Origin: Candidatus Tepidifontimicrobium thermophilum
GTDB taxonomy: Bacteria > Sysuimicrobiota > Sysuimicrobiia > Sysuimicrobiales > Sysuimicrobiaceae
Length of the DNA: 64,000 nt
Assembly (NCBI GenBank): GCA_031459915.1
Contig: JAVKHO010000004.1
Location: 32,001-96,000 of the forward strand
Reading direction: 5' to 3'
In this document: positions 47,883-57,164 of the stretch, in pieces
How the letters are laid out: each line of letters starts with the position of its first letter
Position numbering within the stretch: the stretch's first letter is position 1
Translations under genes and position numbers: made by a program
Notes under the pieces: model-generated
Database searches by the model: none
What the model was told of the DNA's origin: nothing
What the model saw: the letters and a program-made list of their open reading frames with translations, nothing else

Positions 47883-48920
47883 TCACCTCCCCTCGGCTCC
47901 CTCTCCCTCACCTTCCCGGACGTAGATCCGGGGTGCCGAAGCGTTCACCCGGAGCTGGAAGACGTCCGGCCGGTTGTAGTGGCCCGCGAAGTCGTGGCGG
48001 ACCTTCTCTGCCACGCACTCGTTCAGGTCCGCCTGGAACACCAGGACGCCCTCCTCCGCGCCCATGGGGCCCGCCACCACAGATCCGCCCGGGCCCACAA
48101 TGTTGGAGCCTCCCGTGCTGCGGTCGTCCCACAGGATCGCCCGGTCCTCCTCCGTGTACACCAGCAGCTCCCGCATCTCGTCCGTCAGGGTCCCGCACGC
48201 GTTCACCACGAACGCTTTGGTGGCGAGTGCCAGGGCCCGGCCCACCACGAGGGCCCGTTCCGGGCACGACATTCCCCGTTTCGGGAACCGGTTCGGCCAG
48301 CTGACGGCCAGCACGTGCGGGTACTCGGCCATGAGGGCGAACACCGCCAGCGGGTTGGAGCTCTCCCCACAGATCAACCCGCCCACGCGGCCGAAGTCCG
48401 TGGGGAAGGTCCTCAGGGTGTCCCCGAACCCGCCGGTGTGCACCAGACGCTCCCCCACGGTGGGGACGAGCTTCCGGTGCTTGCCGAGGAGCGTCCCGTC
48501 GGGGGCGATGAACAGCTGCGTGTTGTACAGGGTCCCGAACGTGCCCGGCCGACGCTCGCACAGGCCCATGATCACGTACACCCCGGCCTCCCGGGCGGAC
48601 TCGCACAGGGCCTCGGTGGTCCGGCTGGGAATCTCCACGGAGTTCAGGAACAGCCGTGTGGCCAGCTCGCCGCTCCTGGGGTCGGTGGCGGGGTAGAAGT
48701 GGTACCACAAGGGATGGCCCGGGATGAACCCCTCGGGGAAAACCACGAGCTTCGCGCCCCGGCGCCCGGCTTCCAGGATCCACTCGCAGGCACGCTCCGT
48801 GGTGCGCTCGCGGTTCAGGAACACCGGAGCTGCCTGCACCGCGGCCAGCTTCACCCGCGGGAGGCGGTCACCACCCCCCGGCTCGGCCTCCACCACGCTC
48901 TCCAGCTCCACCAGACGCAT
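47883..48920 (-). CDS. Nitrilase / carbon-nitrogen hydrolase
   Basis: FPE, HRKLVPT, LICGE (E-K-C triad), DFAGHYNRPDVF. Confidence 0.92.
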   Translation of the reverse strand: MRLVELESVVEAEPGGGDRLPRVKLAAVQAAPVFLNRERTTERACEWILEAGRRGAKLVVFPEGFIPGHPLWYHFYPATDPRSGELATRLFLNSVEIPSRTTEALCESAREAGVYVIMGLCERRPGTFGTLYNTQLFIAPDGTLLGKHRKLVPTVGERLVHTGGFGDTLRTFPTDFGRVGGLICGESSNPLAVFALMAEYPHVLAVSWPNRFPKRGMSCPERALVVGRALALATKAFVVNACGTLTDEMRELLVYTEEDRAILWDDRSTGGSNIVGPGGSVVAGPMGAEEGVLVFQADLNECVAEKVRHDFAGHYNRPDVFQLRVNASAPRIYVREGEGEGAEGR

Positions 48921-48933
48921 CTCCGCCTCCCGT

Positions 48934-49647
48934 TCACGGTTGCTCCCCGCTCAAACCGACCACCACCCGTCCGAGTCCTGCAAGCTCGAACTCCACGGAT
49001 CGGTCCGCAGGGTCCAGGGACAGGGGAGGGATCACGGACCCGCAGATGACCAAGTCTCCGGCCCGCAGACGCTCCCCCACGGAGGCCAGCACCCGCGCCA
49101 TCTCCCCCAGCACGTCCACCACCCGCCCCGGAAAAGCCTCCAGGTCTTCCACCCCCGCGGACTCCCCGCCGTTGCGGAACACCCGTCCCACCGTGCCCGC
49201 CAGGCTGCCCGTGAAGGGCACGGTCCGCATGTCCCCGACGACCGCGTATCGGTGGAAGATGTTTCCGGCCAGCACCGCCTCCAGGTCCTCCTCGGGTGCG
49301 CGGTCTGGGTCGACCAGCTCGATGGCGGGCGCCACCCCGGTCACCGCGGCGGCCACCGCCTCCGGCGAGCTGTCGGGCAGCACGTCCTGTCCCAGCCGCA
49401 CCGCCACCTCCGGTTCTGCCACCGGCCGGCGCCACCCTCGCACGGACACGGTAACACCGGAGGGCAGCACCGTCCGGTCGGTGAGGAAGCCCGCCAGAAG
49501 GTGGGGAAGCCCGAGTCGCTGCTTCGCCTGCGAAGAACCGAAGGCGGCTTTCCAGCCCAAAGGCCTTGCCCCCGACCCCACCAGCTCCCGCCTCTTTTCC
49601 AGCAGCCGCTGGAGGCCGCTGCGCACCGCGGGATGGACCTCCGTCAC
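48934..49647 (-). CDS. 2-keto-4-pentenoate hydratase-like protein (FAH superfamily)
   Basis: GWK, EPEVA, PAIELVD, LRAGDLVICGS. Confidence 0.8.
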   Translation of the reverse strand: MTEVHPAVRSGLQRLLEKRRELVGSGARPLGWKAAFGSSQAKQRLGLPHLLAGFLTDRTVLPSGVTVSVRGWRRPVAEPEVAVRLGQDVLPDSSPEAVAAAVTGVAPAIELVDPDRAPEEDLEAVLAGNIFHRYAVVGDMRTVPFTGSLAGTVGRVFRNGGESAGVEDLEAFPGRVVDVLGEMARVLASVGERLRAGDLVICGSVIPPLSLDPADRSVEFELAGLGRVVVGLSGEQP

Positions 49648-49660
49648 CTTGCACCTCCGG

Positions 49661-50062
49661 CTAGGTCCGCTCCGGAGCCACCTCGTAACCCGAGGCCTCC
49701 AGGGAGCCCGCTCCGATCCAGCCCCAGACCAGCACCGCGTCCTCTGGGCCGGTGTTCACGAAGCCGTGCCAGCCGCCGCGGGGGATGTACACCACGTCCC
49801 CTTCTGCGGCGGGCTCGCGGCCCGCGTCGGTGTAGATCTCGCCCCGCCCCTTCAGCACCACGAAGAACTCGTCGCAGTTGCGGTGCAGGTGCCGTTCGTG
49901 CCGGGCGCCCGGCCGGAACACCGTCCAGCCCAGGGTGAAGTCCTTCGCCCCCGCGGTCGCCTCGTCCACCAGGAACCGCACCACCATGTCCACCCAGCCA
50001 TCCTCCCGCGCCAGGCCTCCGCGCGGCGCCACCTTCTCCACGTGGGTCCGGTACAGCTTCAC
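49661..50062 (-). CDS. Cupin-domain protein
   Basis: HERHLH.NCDEFF, GDVVYIPRG.WH. Confidence 0.85.
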   Translation of the reverse strand: MKLYRTHVEKVAPRGGLAREDGWVDMVVRFLVDEATAGAKDFTLGWTVFRPGARHERHLHRNCDEFFVVLKGRGEIYTDAGREPAAEGDVVYIPRGGWHGFVNTGPEDAVLVWGWIGAGSLEASGYEVAPERT

Positions 50063-50946
50063 GCTCCTCCACCTCCCAGCTTGCGGTAGACCCGGTGCGT
50101 GGCCACGAAGTCCAGGCGGTCGAGCCCCAGGCCCCGGCAGGCGTTCATCATCTCGTTGGCCGCCGCGGCCAGGGGCACCGGGCTGCCCAGCCTGCGCGCC
50201 AGGTCCAGGACCAGCAGCATGTCCTTCTGCTGCAGGTTCACGTCCGCCAGCGGGGTCTCCGGCATCTTCCCCTCCAGGATGAAGGGGCCACGGTAGGCCA
50301 GCACCGGGGAGGCCGCCACGCTGTTCAGGATCGCCTCCACCGCCACCGCGCGGTCCACCCCGGCCTTCTCCGCCAGCGCCACTGCCTCGCCGAAGGCGAT
50401 GACCTCCACCATGAGCAGCAGGTTCACGGCCAGCTTCATGGCGCACGCCGTACCGTTGGGCCCCACGTAGAGCACCCTGGGGCCGATGGCGAGGAGCACG
50501 GGCCGGACCCGCTCGTACACCCGCGGGTCCCCGCCCACCATCAAGGACGCCTTTCCGTCCCGTACCGTGGGCGGCGCCCCGGAGATGGGGGCGTCGAGCA
50601 TGAACCGGCCTGCCCTGTGGAATTCCTCGGCCACGGCGCGGCTCGTGTCGGGGTCGATGGTGCTCATGTCCACGTAGACGCCTCCCGGCGGCAGCCCGTG
50701 CAGGACGCCTTTCGGTCCGAGGGCTACCTCCCGCACCGCCTGGCCGTCGGTCACGATGCTGAACACCACCTCGCTCTGCTCCGCCACCGCGCGGGGACTG
50801 CTGGCCCACCGCATGCCCGCCTCCACCAGGGGCTGGGCTTTTGACTGCGTGCGGTTCCAGCCCACCACGGAGTAACCTGCCTGCAGCAGGCGCGGCACGA
50901 TCACCGCCCCCATGGCCCCCAGTCCGACAAACCCTACGCGCTCCAT
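50059..50946 (-). CDS. Beta-hydroxyacid dehydrogenase (3-hydroxyisobutyrate/tartronate-semialdehyde family)
   Basis: GFVGLGAMG, DMSTI, DAPISG, MKLAVN, QKD. Confidence 0.92.
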   Translation of the reverse strand: MERVGFVGLGAMGAVIVPRLLQAGYSVVGWNRTQSKAQPLVEAGMRWASSPRAVAEQSEVVFSIVTDGQAVREVALGPKGVLHGLPPGGVYVDMSTIDPDTSRAVAEEFHRAGRFMLDAPISGAPPTVRDGKASLMVGGDPRVYERVRPVLLAIGPRVLYVGPNGTACAMKLAVNLLLMVEVIAFGEAVALAEKAGVDRAVAVEAILNSVAASPVLAYRGPFILEGKMPETPLADVNLQQKDMLLVLDLARRLGSPVPLAAAANEMMNACRGLGLDRLDFVATHRVYRKLGGGGA

Positions 50947-50969
50947 GTACACGCTCCCCTGGTCTGTGC

Positions 50970-52133
50970 TCAGCGCCCGAAGTCCAAAAGGGCCAGCGGC
51001 TCCTCCACCCACGCCGCCAGGGTTTCCAGGAAACGGGCCGCCCGGGCGCCGTCCAGGACCCGGTGGTCGCACGCGAGCCCCAGGCTCAAAGTCGGGCGCA
51101 CCACGGGCCGGCCCTCCTCCGCCACCACCCGGTCTGCCAGCCGTCCCACGCTGAGGATGGCCGCCTGCGGCGCGTTCACCACGGCCAGGAACCGGTCCAC
51201 CCCGTACATGCCGAGGTTCGAGATCGTGAACGTCCCGCCGTCCACGTCCTCCGGGCGCAGCCGGCCCGCACGGGCACGGTCCACGAGCTCCGCGCGGCGC
51301 TGCGCGATCCGCTCCACAGGTAGCTCGTCGGCGCGATGCACCACGGGCACCACCAGCCCGTGTTCCGTGGCCACCGCGATCCCCACGTTGACGTCCGGGA
51401 GACGCCGGATCCGGCCGTCCTCCCAGCGCGCGTTGACCTCCGGGTGAGCTCGCAGCGCCGTGGCTACCAGCTTCACCAACAGGTCGGTGTAAGTCAGCTC
51501 GACCTGCAGGCGCTGCCGCAGGGCCTGGTGCCAGGCCACGAGCCGGTCCGCCCGTACGTCCCGCTGGAGGAAGAAGTGGGGGACGGTGCTCCAGGCCCGC
51601 GCGGTGCGCTCCGCCATGAGCTTCCACACGTGCGGGAGCTCGGAGGCGGGGGCGGCCTCAGTCAGCCGCTGTAAGTCCGAGGCGAGGATGGCGCCCCCGG
51701 GGCCCGATCCCTGGACCGACCGCAGGTCCACTCCCATCTCTCGGGCGAGCCGGCGGGCTTTGGGAGAGGCCCGGGGCCTCACGGGTGCCGGCTCCGCCAC
51801 CGTCGGCGGCCCGAGGACCTCCTCCGTGGACACGGCTGCAGCCGCCGCTGCGGGCGCACTCACCGGCGCGGCCGGCAGCTCGGAGGGTTCCTCCCCGGGG
51901 AGGAGGATCCAGCCGATCACCTGGCCCACGGGGACTTCGTCTCCCTCGCGAGCCAGCACCCGCGCCAGGACGCCGGAGGCGGGGGACTCGATCTCCACGT
52001 TGGCCTTGTCGGTCTCCACCTCCAGCAGCGGCTCGCCCTGCCGGACTTCCTCGCCCTCCGAGCGCCACCACCGCAGGACTTTGCCCGTTTCCTGGGCCAT
52101 GCCCAGGGCGGGCATGATCACCTCCCTCGGCAC
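50970..52133 (-). CDS. Dihydrolipoamide acyltransferase (E2)
   Basis: Lipoyl motif ETDKA; ASPKARRLA..GSGPGG; TISNLG; DHRVLDG. Confidence 0.93.
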   Translation of the reverse strand: MPREVIMPALGMAQETGKVLRWWRSEGEEVRQGEPLLEVETDKANVEIESPASGVLARVLAREGDEVPVGQVIGWILLPGEEPSELPAAPVSAPAAAAAAVSTEEVLGPPTVAEPAPVRPRASPKARRLAREMGVDLRSVQGSGPGGAILASDLQRLTEAAPASELPHVWKLMAERTARAWSTVPHFFLQRDVRADRLVAWHQALRQRLQVELTYTDLLVKLVATALRAHPEVNARWEDGRIRRLPDVNVGIAVATEHGLVVPVVHRADELPVERIAQRRAELVDRARAGRLRPEDVDGGTFTISNLGMYGVDRFLAVVNAPQAAILSVGRLADRVVAEEGRPVVRPTLSLGLACDHRVLDGARAARFLETLAAWVEEPLALLDFGR

Positions 52134-52143
52134 CGCTCCCTCC

Positions 52144-53481
52144 TCAGGGACGTATGCCTTCTACCGCCGCGGACGCCACCACCGCCTCCAGGGGCGGGGT
52201 CGTGCGGTTCAGCTGCGACTGCACCTCCCGGGTGGTGGGAAGCGGCCCGTCCACGGTCCAGTACCGGGTGCCCGCCACCAGCAGCGTCTCCGCCGGGAAG
52301 CGGGTGATCACCTCGCAGCCGTCCTTGGTCACCACCAGCTGCTCCTCGATGCGGGCCGCGGACCACCCGTCCCGGGCCGGCCAGAAGGTCTCCAGGGCGA
52401 ATACCATCCCCTCCTCGATGACCTCCGGGTGGTCGAAGGACACCAGGCGGCTGAAGATGGGTTTCTCCCAGATCGAGAGCCCTACCCCGTGGCCGTACTG
52501 AAGGGCGAAGGCGGCTTCCTCGTTGGCAAACCCGAACTCCTCCGCCCTGGGCCACACCTTCACCACGTCCGCGGTGGTCACCCCCGGCCTGATGAGGCTG
52601 ATGGCCGCGTCCAGGTAGTCCCGGCAGCGCTTGTAGGCGTCCACCATGGCCGGGGAGGCGCTCCCCACCACGAAGGTGCGGTAGTAACAGGTCCGGTAGC
52701 CGTTGAAGCTGTGGAGGATGTCAAAGTACACGGGGTCCCCGGGCCGCAGCACGCGGTCCGTGTACACGTGCGGGTGCGGATTGCACCGCTCCCCGCTGAT
52801 GGCGTTGACGCCCTCCACGTGCTCGGAGCCCAGGTCGTAGAGGATCTTGGCCACCAGCCCCACGCACTCGTTCTCCCGTACGCCCGGGCGCAGGAACTTG
52901 TACAGTTCCTCGTACGCCGCGTCCACCATCATGCAGGCGGTCGCCAGCAGGGTGATCTCGTCCTGGGTCTTGATCTTGCGGGCCTCCTGCATGAGGGGCT
53001 GGCCGTCCACCACCCGCAACCCCTCCTCCTGCAGGGCGAACAGCACGGGCGGCTCCACCACGTCCACGCCCACGGGTTCCCGGTGCAGCCCGCGGGCCTC
53101 CAGCTCCACCCGGATCTTGCGGGCCACGTCCCTGGCCCGCTCGGGGTAGGCGCCCCGGAGGGTGGAGATCCCCGCCCTCGACCGCTCGCCCAGCCACGGG
53201 CAGTACAGCTGGTGGTGGCGCGCCGCGGAGCCGAAGTCCCACAGGAGAGGCTCGTCGTCCTGCGGCAGCAGGCAGAAGCGCACCAGCTTGTCCATGGCCC
53301 AGGTGCCGATGTGGGTGGCGGTGATGTACCGGATGTTGTTCATGTCGAAACACAGCAGGGAGCCCAGCTCGGACTGCTTCAGCAGCCCCTTGACCCGTGC
53401 CAGCCGCTCCCGGCGCAGGCGCTCGTAATCCACTCGCGCCTCCCAGTCCACCCCCATGAGGCCGTACGTCTTGATTCCCAT
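52144..53481 (-). CDS. M24 (Xaa-Pro peptidase/creatinase fold) hydrolase
   Basis: ARKIKT.DEI, FDI...GYRTCYYRTF, GHGVG, ALET, RIEE. Confidence 0.85.
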   Translation of the reverse strand: MGIKTYGLMGVDWEARVDYERLRRERLARVKGLLKQSELGSLLCFDMNNIRYITATHIGTWAMDKLVRFCLLPQDDEPLLWDFGSAARHHQLYCPWLGERSRAGISTLRGAYPERARDVARKIRVELEARGLHREPVGVDVVEPPVLFALQEEGLRVVDGQPLMQEARKIKTQDEITLLATACMMVDAAYEELYKFLRPGVRENECVGLVAKILYDLGSEHVEGVNAISGERCNPHPHVYTDRVLRPGDPVYFDILHSFNGYRTCYYRTFVVGSASPAMVDAYKRCRDYLDAAISLIRPGVTTADVVKVWPRAEEFGFANEEAAFALQYGHGVGLSIWEKPIFSRLVSFDHPEVIEEGMVFALETFWPARDGWSAARIEEQLVVTKDGCEVITRFPAETLLVAGTRYWTVDGPLPTTREVQSQLNRTTPPLEAVVASAAVEGIRP

Positions 53482-53508
53482 CGCCCGCACCTCCTTTCCA
53501 CGCCCGGC

Positions 53509-54534
53509 CTAGTTCCGGCCACAGAGCTCCCGCGCCACCGACGCCACCTGCTCCGGGGTGGGCACCGTCTGGTCCTCCAGGACCGGCGAGAACGGGACCG
53601 GCACGTCCAGGGCCCCGACCCGGCGCACAGGGGCCTCCAGGTCGTAAAAGGCCTCCTCCGCGATGGTCGCCGCCAGCTCCGCGGTGACCCCGTACCGGCG
53701 GTGCCCCTCGTCCACCACCACCACCCTTCCCGTCTTCCGCGCGCTCCGCACCAGGGTCTCCACGTCCAGGGGGAAGATCGTACGGGGGTCCACCACCTCT
53801 GCGGAGATCCCGTCCTGCTCCAGCAGCTCGGCGGCCTCCAGGGCCACGTACACCATGCTGCTGGTGGCCACCAGGGTGACGTCCCGCCCCGGCCGCTTCA
53901 CGTCCGCCACCCCGAAGGGGATGGTGTACTCCTCCTCCGGGACCGGACCCTTGACCTGGTACATCATCTTGTCCTCGAAGAACAGCACCGGGTTGTCGTC
54001 ACGGATGGCGGTCTTCAGCAGGCCCTTGGCGTCGTAAGGGGTGGAGGGGACCGCTACCTTCAAACCCGGGATGTGGGCGAACCAGGCGTGCAGGCTCTGG
54101 CTGTGTTGCGCCGCGGAACGCCGGGTGGCCCCCAGGGTGGTTCGGATCACCAGCGGGACTTTCAGCTTGCCGCCGGACATGTAGTGCACCTTGGCCGCCT
54201 GGTTCACGATCTGGTCCATAGCCAGGGTCAGGAAGTCCCCGAACATGATGTCCACCACGGGGCGCATGCCGGTCATGGCGGCACCGACCGCGATCCCCAC
54301 GAAGCCCGCCTCGGAGATGGGGGTATCGATCACCCGCTGCGGCCCGAACTCGTCCACGAGTCCTGAAAGGACCTTAAAGGGGGTGCCGGCTTCTGCCACG
54401 TCCTCGCCCAGGAGGAACACCCGGGGGTCCCGGCGCATCTCCTCGGCCAACGCCTCTCGGATCGCCTGGGCCAGGGTGATCTCCCGGACCGTACCGACTG
54501 CGGGCCCGCGCGCCGCCGCGCTAGGCGTAGACAT
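53509..54534 (-). CDS. TPP-dependent 2-oxoacid/acetoin dehydrogenase E1 beta
   Basis: GEDV, DTPISE, AQHSQS, DAKGLL. Confidence 0.93.
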   Translation of the reverse strand: MSTPSAAARGPAVGTVREITLAQAIREALAEEMRRDPRVFLLGEDVAEAGTPFKVLSGLVDEFGPQRVIDTPISEAGFVGIAVGAAMTGMRPVVDIMFGDFLTLAMDQIVNQAAKVHYMSGGKLKVPLVIRTTLGATRRSAAQHSQSLHAWFAHIPGLKVAVPSTPYDAKGLLKTAIRDDNPVLFFEDKMMYQVKGPVPEEEYTIPFGVADVKRPGRDVTLVATSSMVYVALEAAELLEQDGISAEVVDPRTIFPLDVETLVRSARKTGRVVVVDEGHRRYGVTAELAATIAEEAFYDLEAPVRRVGALDVPVPFSPVLEDQTVPTPEQVASVARELCGRN

Positions 54535-55534
54535 GCTGCGTCACCTCGCTGGGGTCCGGGTAGGGCGCTTGCAGGGCGTAGGCCACGCCCTGGGCCACCT
54601 CCTCCCGGGCTGCGCGTTCTGCGGCTTCGAACTCCTCCGGGGACGCTAGCCCGGCTGCGGTCATCCAGCCCCTCAGCAGCTTCAGGGGGTCGCGTTGCGC
54701 CTTCCAGGTCTCCTCCTCCTCCCGGCTCCGGTAGTAGGAGCGGTCCACGTCGCCCACGTGATGCCCGAAGTACCGGTAGGTGTTGCACAGGAGGAAGCTG
54801 GGGCCGTCCCCCCGACGCGCCCGGGCCACCGCGCGCCGCGCCGCCGCCAGCACCTGGCGCACGTCCTGTCCGTCCACTTCCTCCGCGGGGATGCCGAACG
54901 CCCGCGGCCGCGCTAGGATGTCCCCCGCGGTGGTCTCCCGGTAGTGGGTGTACTCGTTGTACAGGTTGTTCTCGCAGACGTACACCACGGGCAGCTTCCA
55001 CAGGGAGGCCATGTTCATGACCTCGTACAGCAACCCCTGACCCAGGGCTCCTTCCCCGAAGAAGCACACCGACACCTGGTCCGTGCCGCGCAGCTTCGCC
55101 GACAGGGCCGCCCCCGTGGCGATGCCCGCGCTCCCGCCCACGATGGCGTTGGCGCCCAGGTTGCCGGACTCTGGGTCTGCGATGTGCATGGACCCGCCCT
55201 TCCCCCGGCAGTACCCCTCCGCCTTGCCCAACAGCTCGCAGAACATGCGGTCCACCCGGGCGCCCTTGGCCAGGCAGTGGCCGTGGCCGCGGTGGGTGCT
55301 GGTGATGGTGTCCTCAGGACGCAGGGCCTCACACACCCCCACCGCTACGGCTTCCTCACCGATGTACAGGTGCGCCAGCCCGGGCATCCGCCGGCTCAGG
55401 TACAGCTCGTTGACCTGCTCCTCGAAGGCCCGGATGGTGGCCATCAGTCGGTACATCCGCAGCCAGTCCACGGCGGAGAGGTCCTGGACCTCTTCGGGCA
55501 GCTCCGCTTGGTTCACGGTGACCGGTGTGTGCAT
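54521..55534 (-). CDS. TPP-dependent 2-oxoacid/acetoin dehydrogenase E1 alpha
   Basis: THRGHGH, GKGGSMH, GEGA...ENN TPP motif, TYRYFGH. Confidence 0.93.
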   Translation of the reverse strand: MHTPVTVNQAELPEEVQDLSAVDWLRMYRLMATIRAFEEQVNELYLSRRMPGLAHLYIGEEAVAVGVCEALRPEDTITSTHRGHGHCLAKGARVDRMFCELLGKAEGYCRGKGGSMHIADPESGNLGANAIVGGSAGIATGAALSAKLRGTDQVSVCFFGEGALGQGLLYEVMNMASLWKLPVVYVCENNLYNEYTHYRETTAGDILARPRAFGIPAEEVDGQDVRQVLAAARRAVARARRGDGPSFLLCNTYRYFGHHVGDVDRSYYRSREEEETWKAQRDPLKLLRGWMTAAGLASPEEFEAAERAAREEVAQGVAYALQAPYPDPSEVTQHVYA

Positions 55535-55546
55535 CCCTTCCCCTCC

Positions 55547-56437
55547 TCACCGGAGCTCTGGGTCACGGCCTGCCAGCCGAGAGAGCACCTCGAACAGCAC
55601 CGCGAAGTCGTAGCCCGCCAGCCCGAGCCCGCGGGCCGCGGTCAGGTACTCGTTGGTGGTGGCGGTGGTGGGCAGGGGGACGTTGAGCTCCCGGCCCATC
55701 TCCAGCGCCAGCAGGAGGTCCTTCTGCATCATGTTGACGTCGAACCACGCCTCCTCCGGCATCCGCAGCACGAAGGGACCTCGGTACTTCAGCATGGGCG
55801 AGGCGGCGACGCTGTTCAGCAGCACGTGCACCGCGGTCTCCCGGGGAATCCCGCCGCGCTCGGCCAACAGCAGCCCCTCGCTGAAGGCCAGCATCTGCAC
55901 CGCGAGGCTCAGGTTCGTGGCCACCTTCATGAGCACCGCCTGGCCGTTGCCGCCCACGTGGGTCACCACGGGCCCGATGTCCTGCAGGATAGGGCGGACG
56001 CGCTCGAAGGCGTCGCGGTCTCCGCCCACCATGATGGACAGGCGCCCCTCCTCCAGGGTCACCACGCTGCCCGACACCGGAGCGTCCAGCATCTGCGCAC
56101 CCCGCTGGCGGACCCGCTCCGCCAGGGCCCGGCTGGCCGCGGGGCTCACGGTGCTCATGTCCACGTACACCTTGCCCGGGCCCAGCCCCGCCAGGATCCC
56201 GTCCGGCCCCTCCGTGACCGCCTGCAGGGCCTTCGTGTCGGTGACCATGGAGAACACCACGTCCGCGGCCTCCGCCACCTGTCGGGGGCTTCCGGCCCAC
56301 TCCATCCCGAGATCCACCAGCCACTGGGCCTTGGCCCGGGTCCGGTTGTAGCCCACCACGCGCCGGCCCGCGTCCAGCAGGCGTTTCACCATACGGCTGC
56401 CCATGACCCCCAGGCCCACGAACCCGATCCTGTCCAA
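55547..56437 (-). CDS. Beta-hydroxyacid dehydrogenase (second paralog)
   Basis: GFVGLGVMG, DMST, DAPVSG, MKVATN, QKD. Confidence 0.92.
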   Translation of the reverse strand: MDRIGFVGLGVMGSRMVKRLLDAGRRVVGYNRTRAKAQWLVDLGMEWAGSPRQVAEAADVVFSMVTDTKALQAVTEGPDGILAGLGPGKVYVDMSTVSPAASRALAERVRQRGAQMLDAPVSGSVVTLEEGRLSIMVGGDRDAFERVRPILQDIGPVVTHVGGNGQAVLMKVATNLSLAVQMLAFSEGLLLAERGGIPRETAVHVLLNSVAASPMLKYRGPFVLRMPEEAWFDVNMMQKDLLLALEMGRELNVPLPTTATTNEYLTAARGLGLAGYDFAVLFEVLSRLAGRDPELR

Positions 56438-56440
56438 GTC

Positions 56441-57163
56441 TCACCCTCCTCCCGTGCGGCCGTCGCTGCCGTCGGTGTGCAGGACCCTGCGGATGTCCTC
56501 GTGAACCCGCCCCAGGTGCTCCGCCATGCGCAGCCGCGCTGCGCCCGGATCCCCCGCCCGCACCGCCTCCAGGATCGACCGGTGCTGCGCCAGGGACTTC
56601 TGGGGACTTCCGGGGATGTAGTAGACGCTGGCCAGCGCCCGGTGAAGGGGATCCCGGATGGCCCGCATCACGTATACCGCCACCCGGTTGCGGGTCGCCT
56701 CGGCCACCGTGAGGTGGAACCGCAGGTCCGCCTCGATGTAGTGCGTCTGCGAACTCAAGCCCGCTTCCATCTGGCGGATGGCCTCCTCCATCCGGAGGAG
56801 GTGGCCGTCCGTGCGGCGGGCCGCCGCCAGGGCCGCGAACTCCGTCTCCAGCACCTTCCGGATCTCGTACAGCTCCTCCAGGTCGAAGGCCTCCAAGGTG
56901 AGCAGGAAACGGACCGAGTCCACCAGGGCGTTGCCGTACTCCGCCACCACGAAGGAGCCGTGCCCCGCGGACCGGATCACGCCCTTGGACTCCAGCAGCC
57001 GTAGCGCCTCCCGCACGGAGGACCGCCCGACCCCGTACCGCCGGGCCAGCTCGTGCTCCGGAGGGAGGCTGTCGCCCGGGCTCAGACGGCGCTGGCGGAT
57101 CTGGTGCAGCAGGCGTTCCGCCACCAGCTGGTATACCTTCGGGCGCTGGACGGGCTCGTACAC
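56441..57163 (-). CDS. FadR/GntR-family regulator
   Basis: PEHELARRYGVGRSSVREAL; DLRFH; HRSIL. Confidence 0.92.
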   Translation of the reverse strand: MYEPVQRPKVYQLVAERLLHQIRQRRLSPGDSLPPEHELARRYGVGRSSVREALRLLESKGVIRSAGHGSFVVAEYGNALVDSVRFLLTLEAFDLEELYEIRKVLETEFAALAAARRTDGHLLRMEEAIRQMEAGLSSQTHYIEADLRFHLTVAEATRNRVAVYVMRAIRDPLHRALASVYYIPGSPQKSLAQHRSILEAVRAGDPGAARLRMAEHLGRVHEDIRRVLHTDGSDGRTGGG

Positions 57164-57164
57164 G

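Noticed and set aside
51586..57004. Very long plus-strand ORFs (e.g. 51586-54366, 54944-57004; also 3505-5550 and 36360-38645)
   Set aside because: These are antisense shadows of well-supported minus-strand genes, typical of high-GC DNA, and carry no recognisable motifs.
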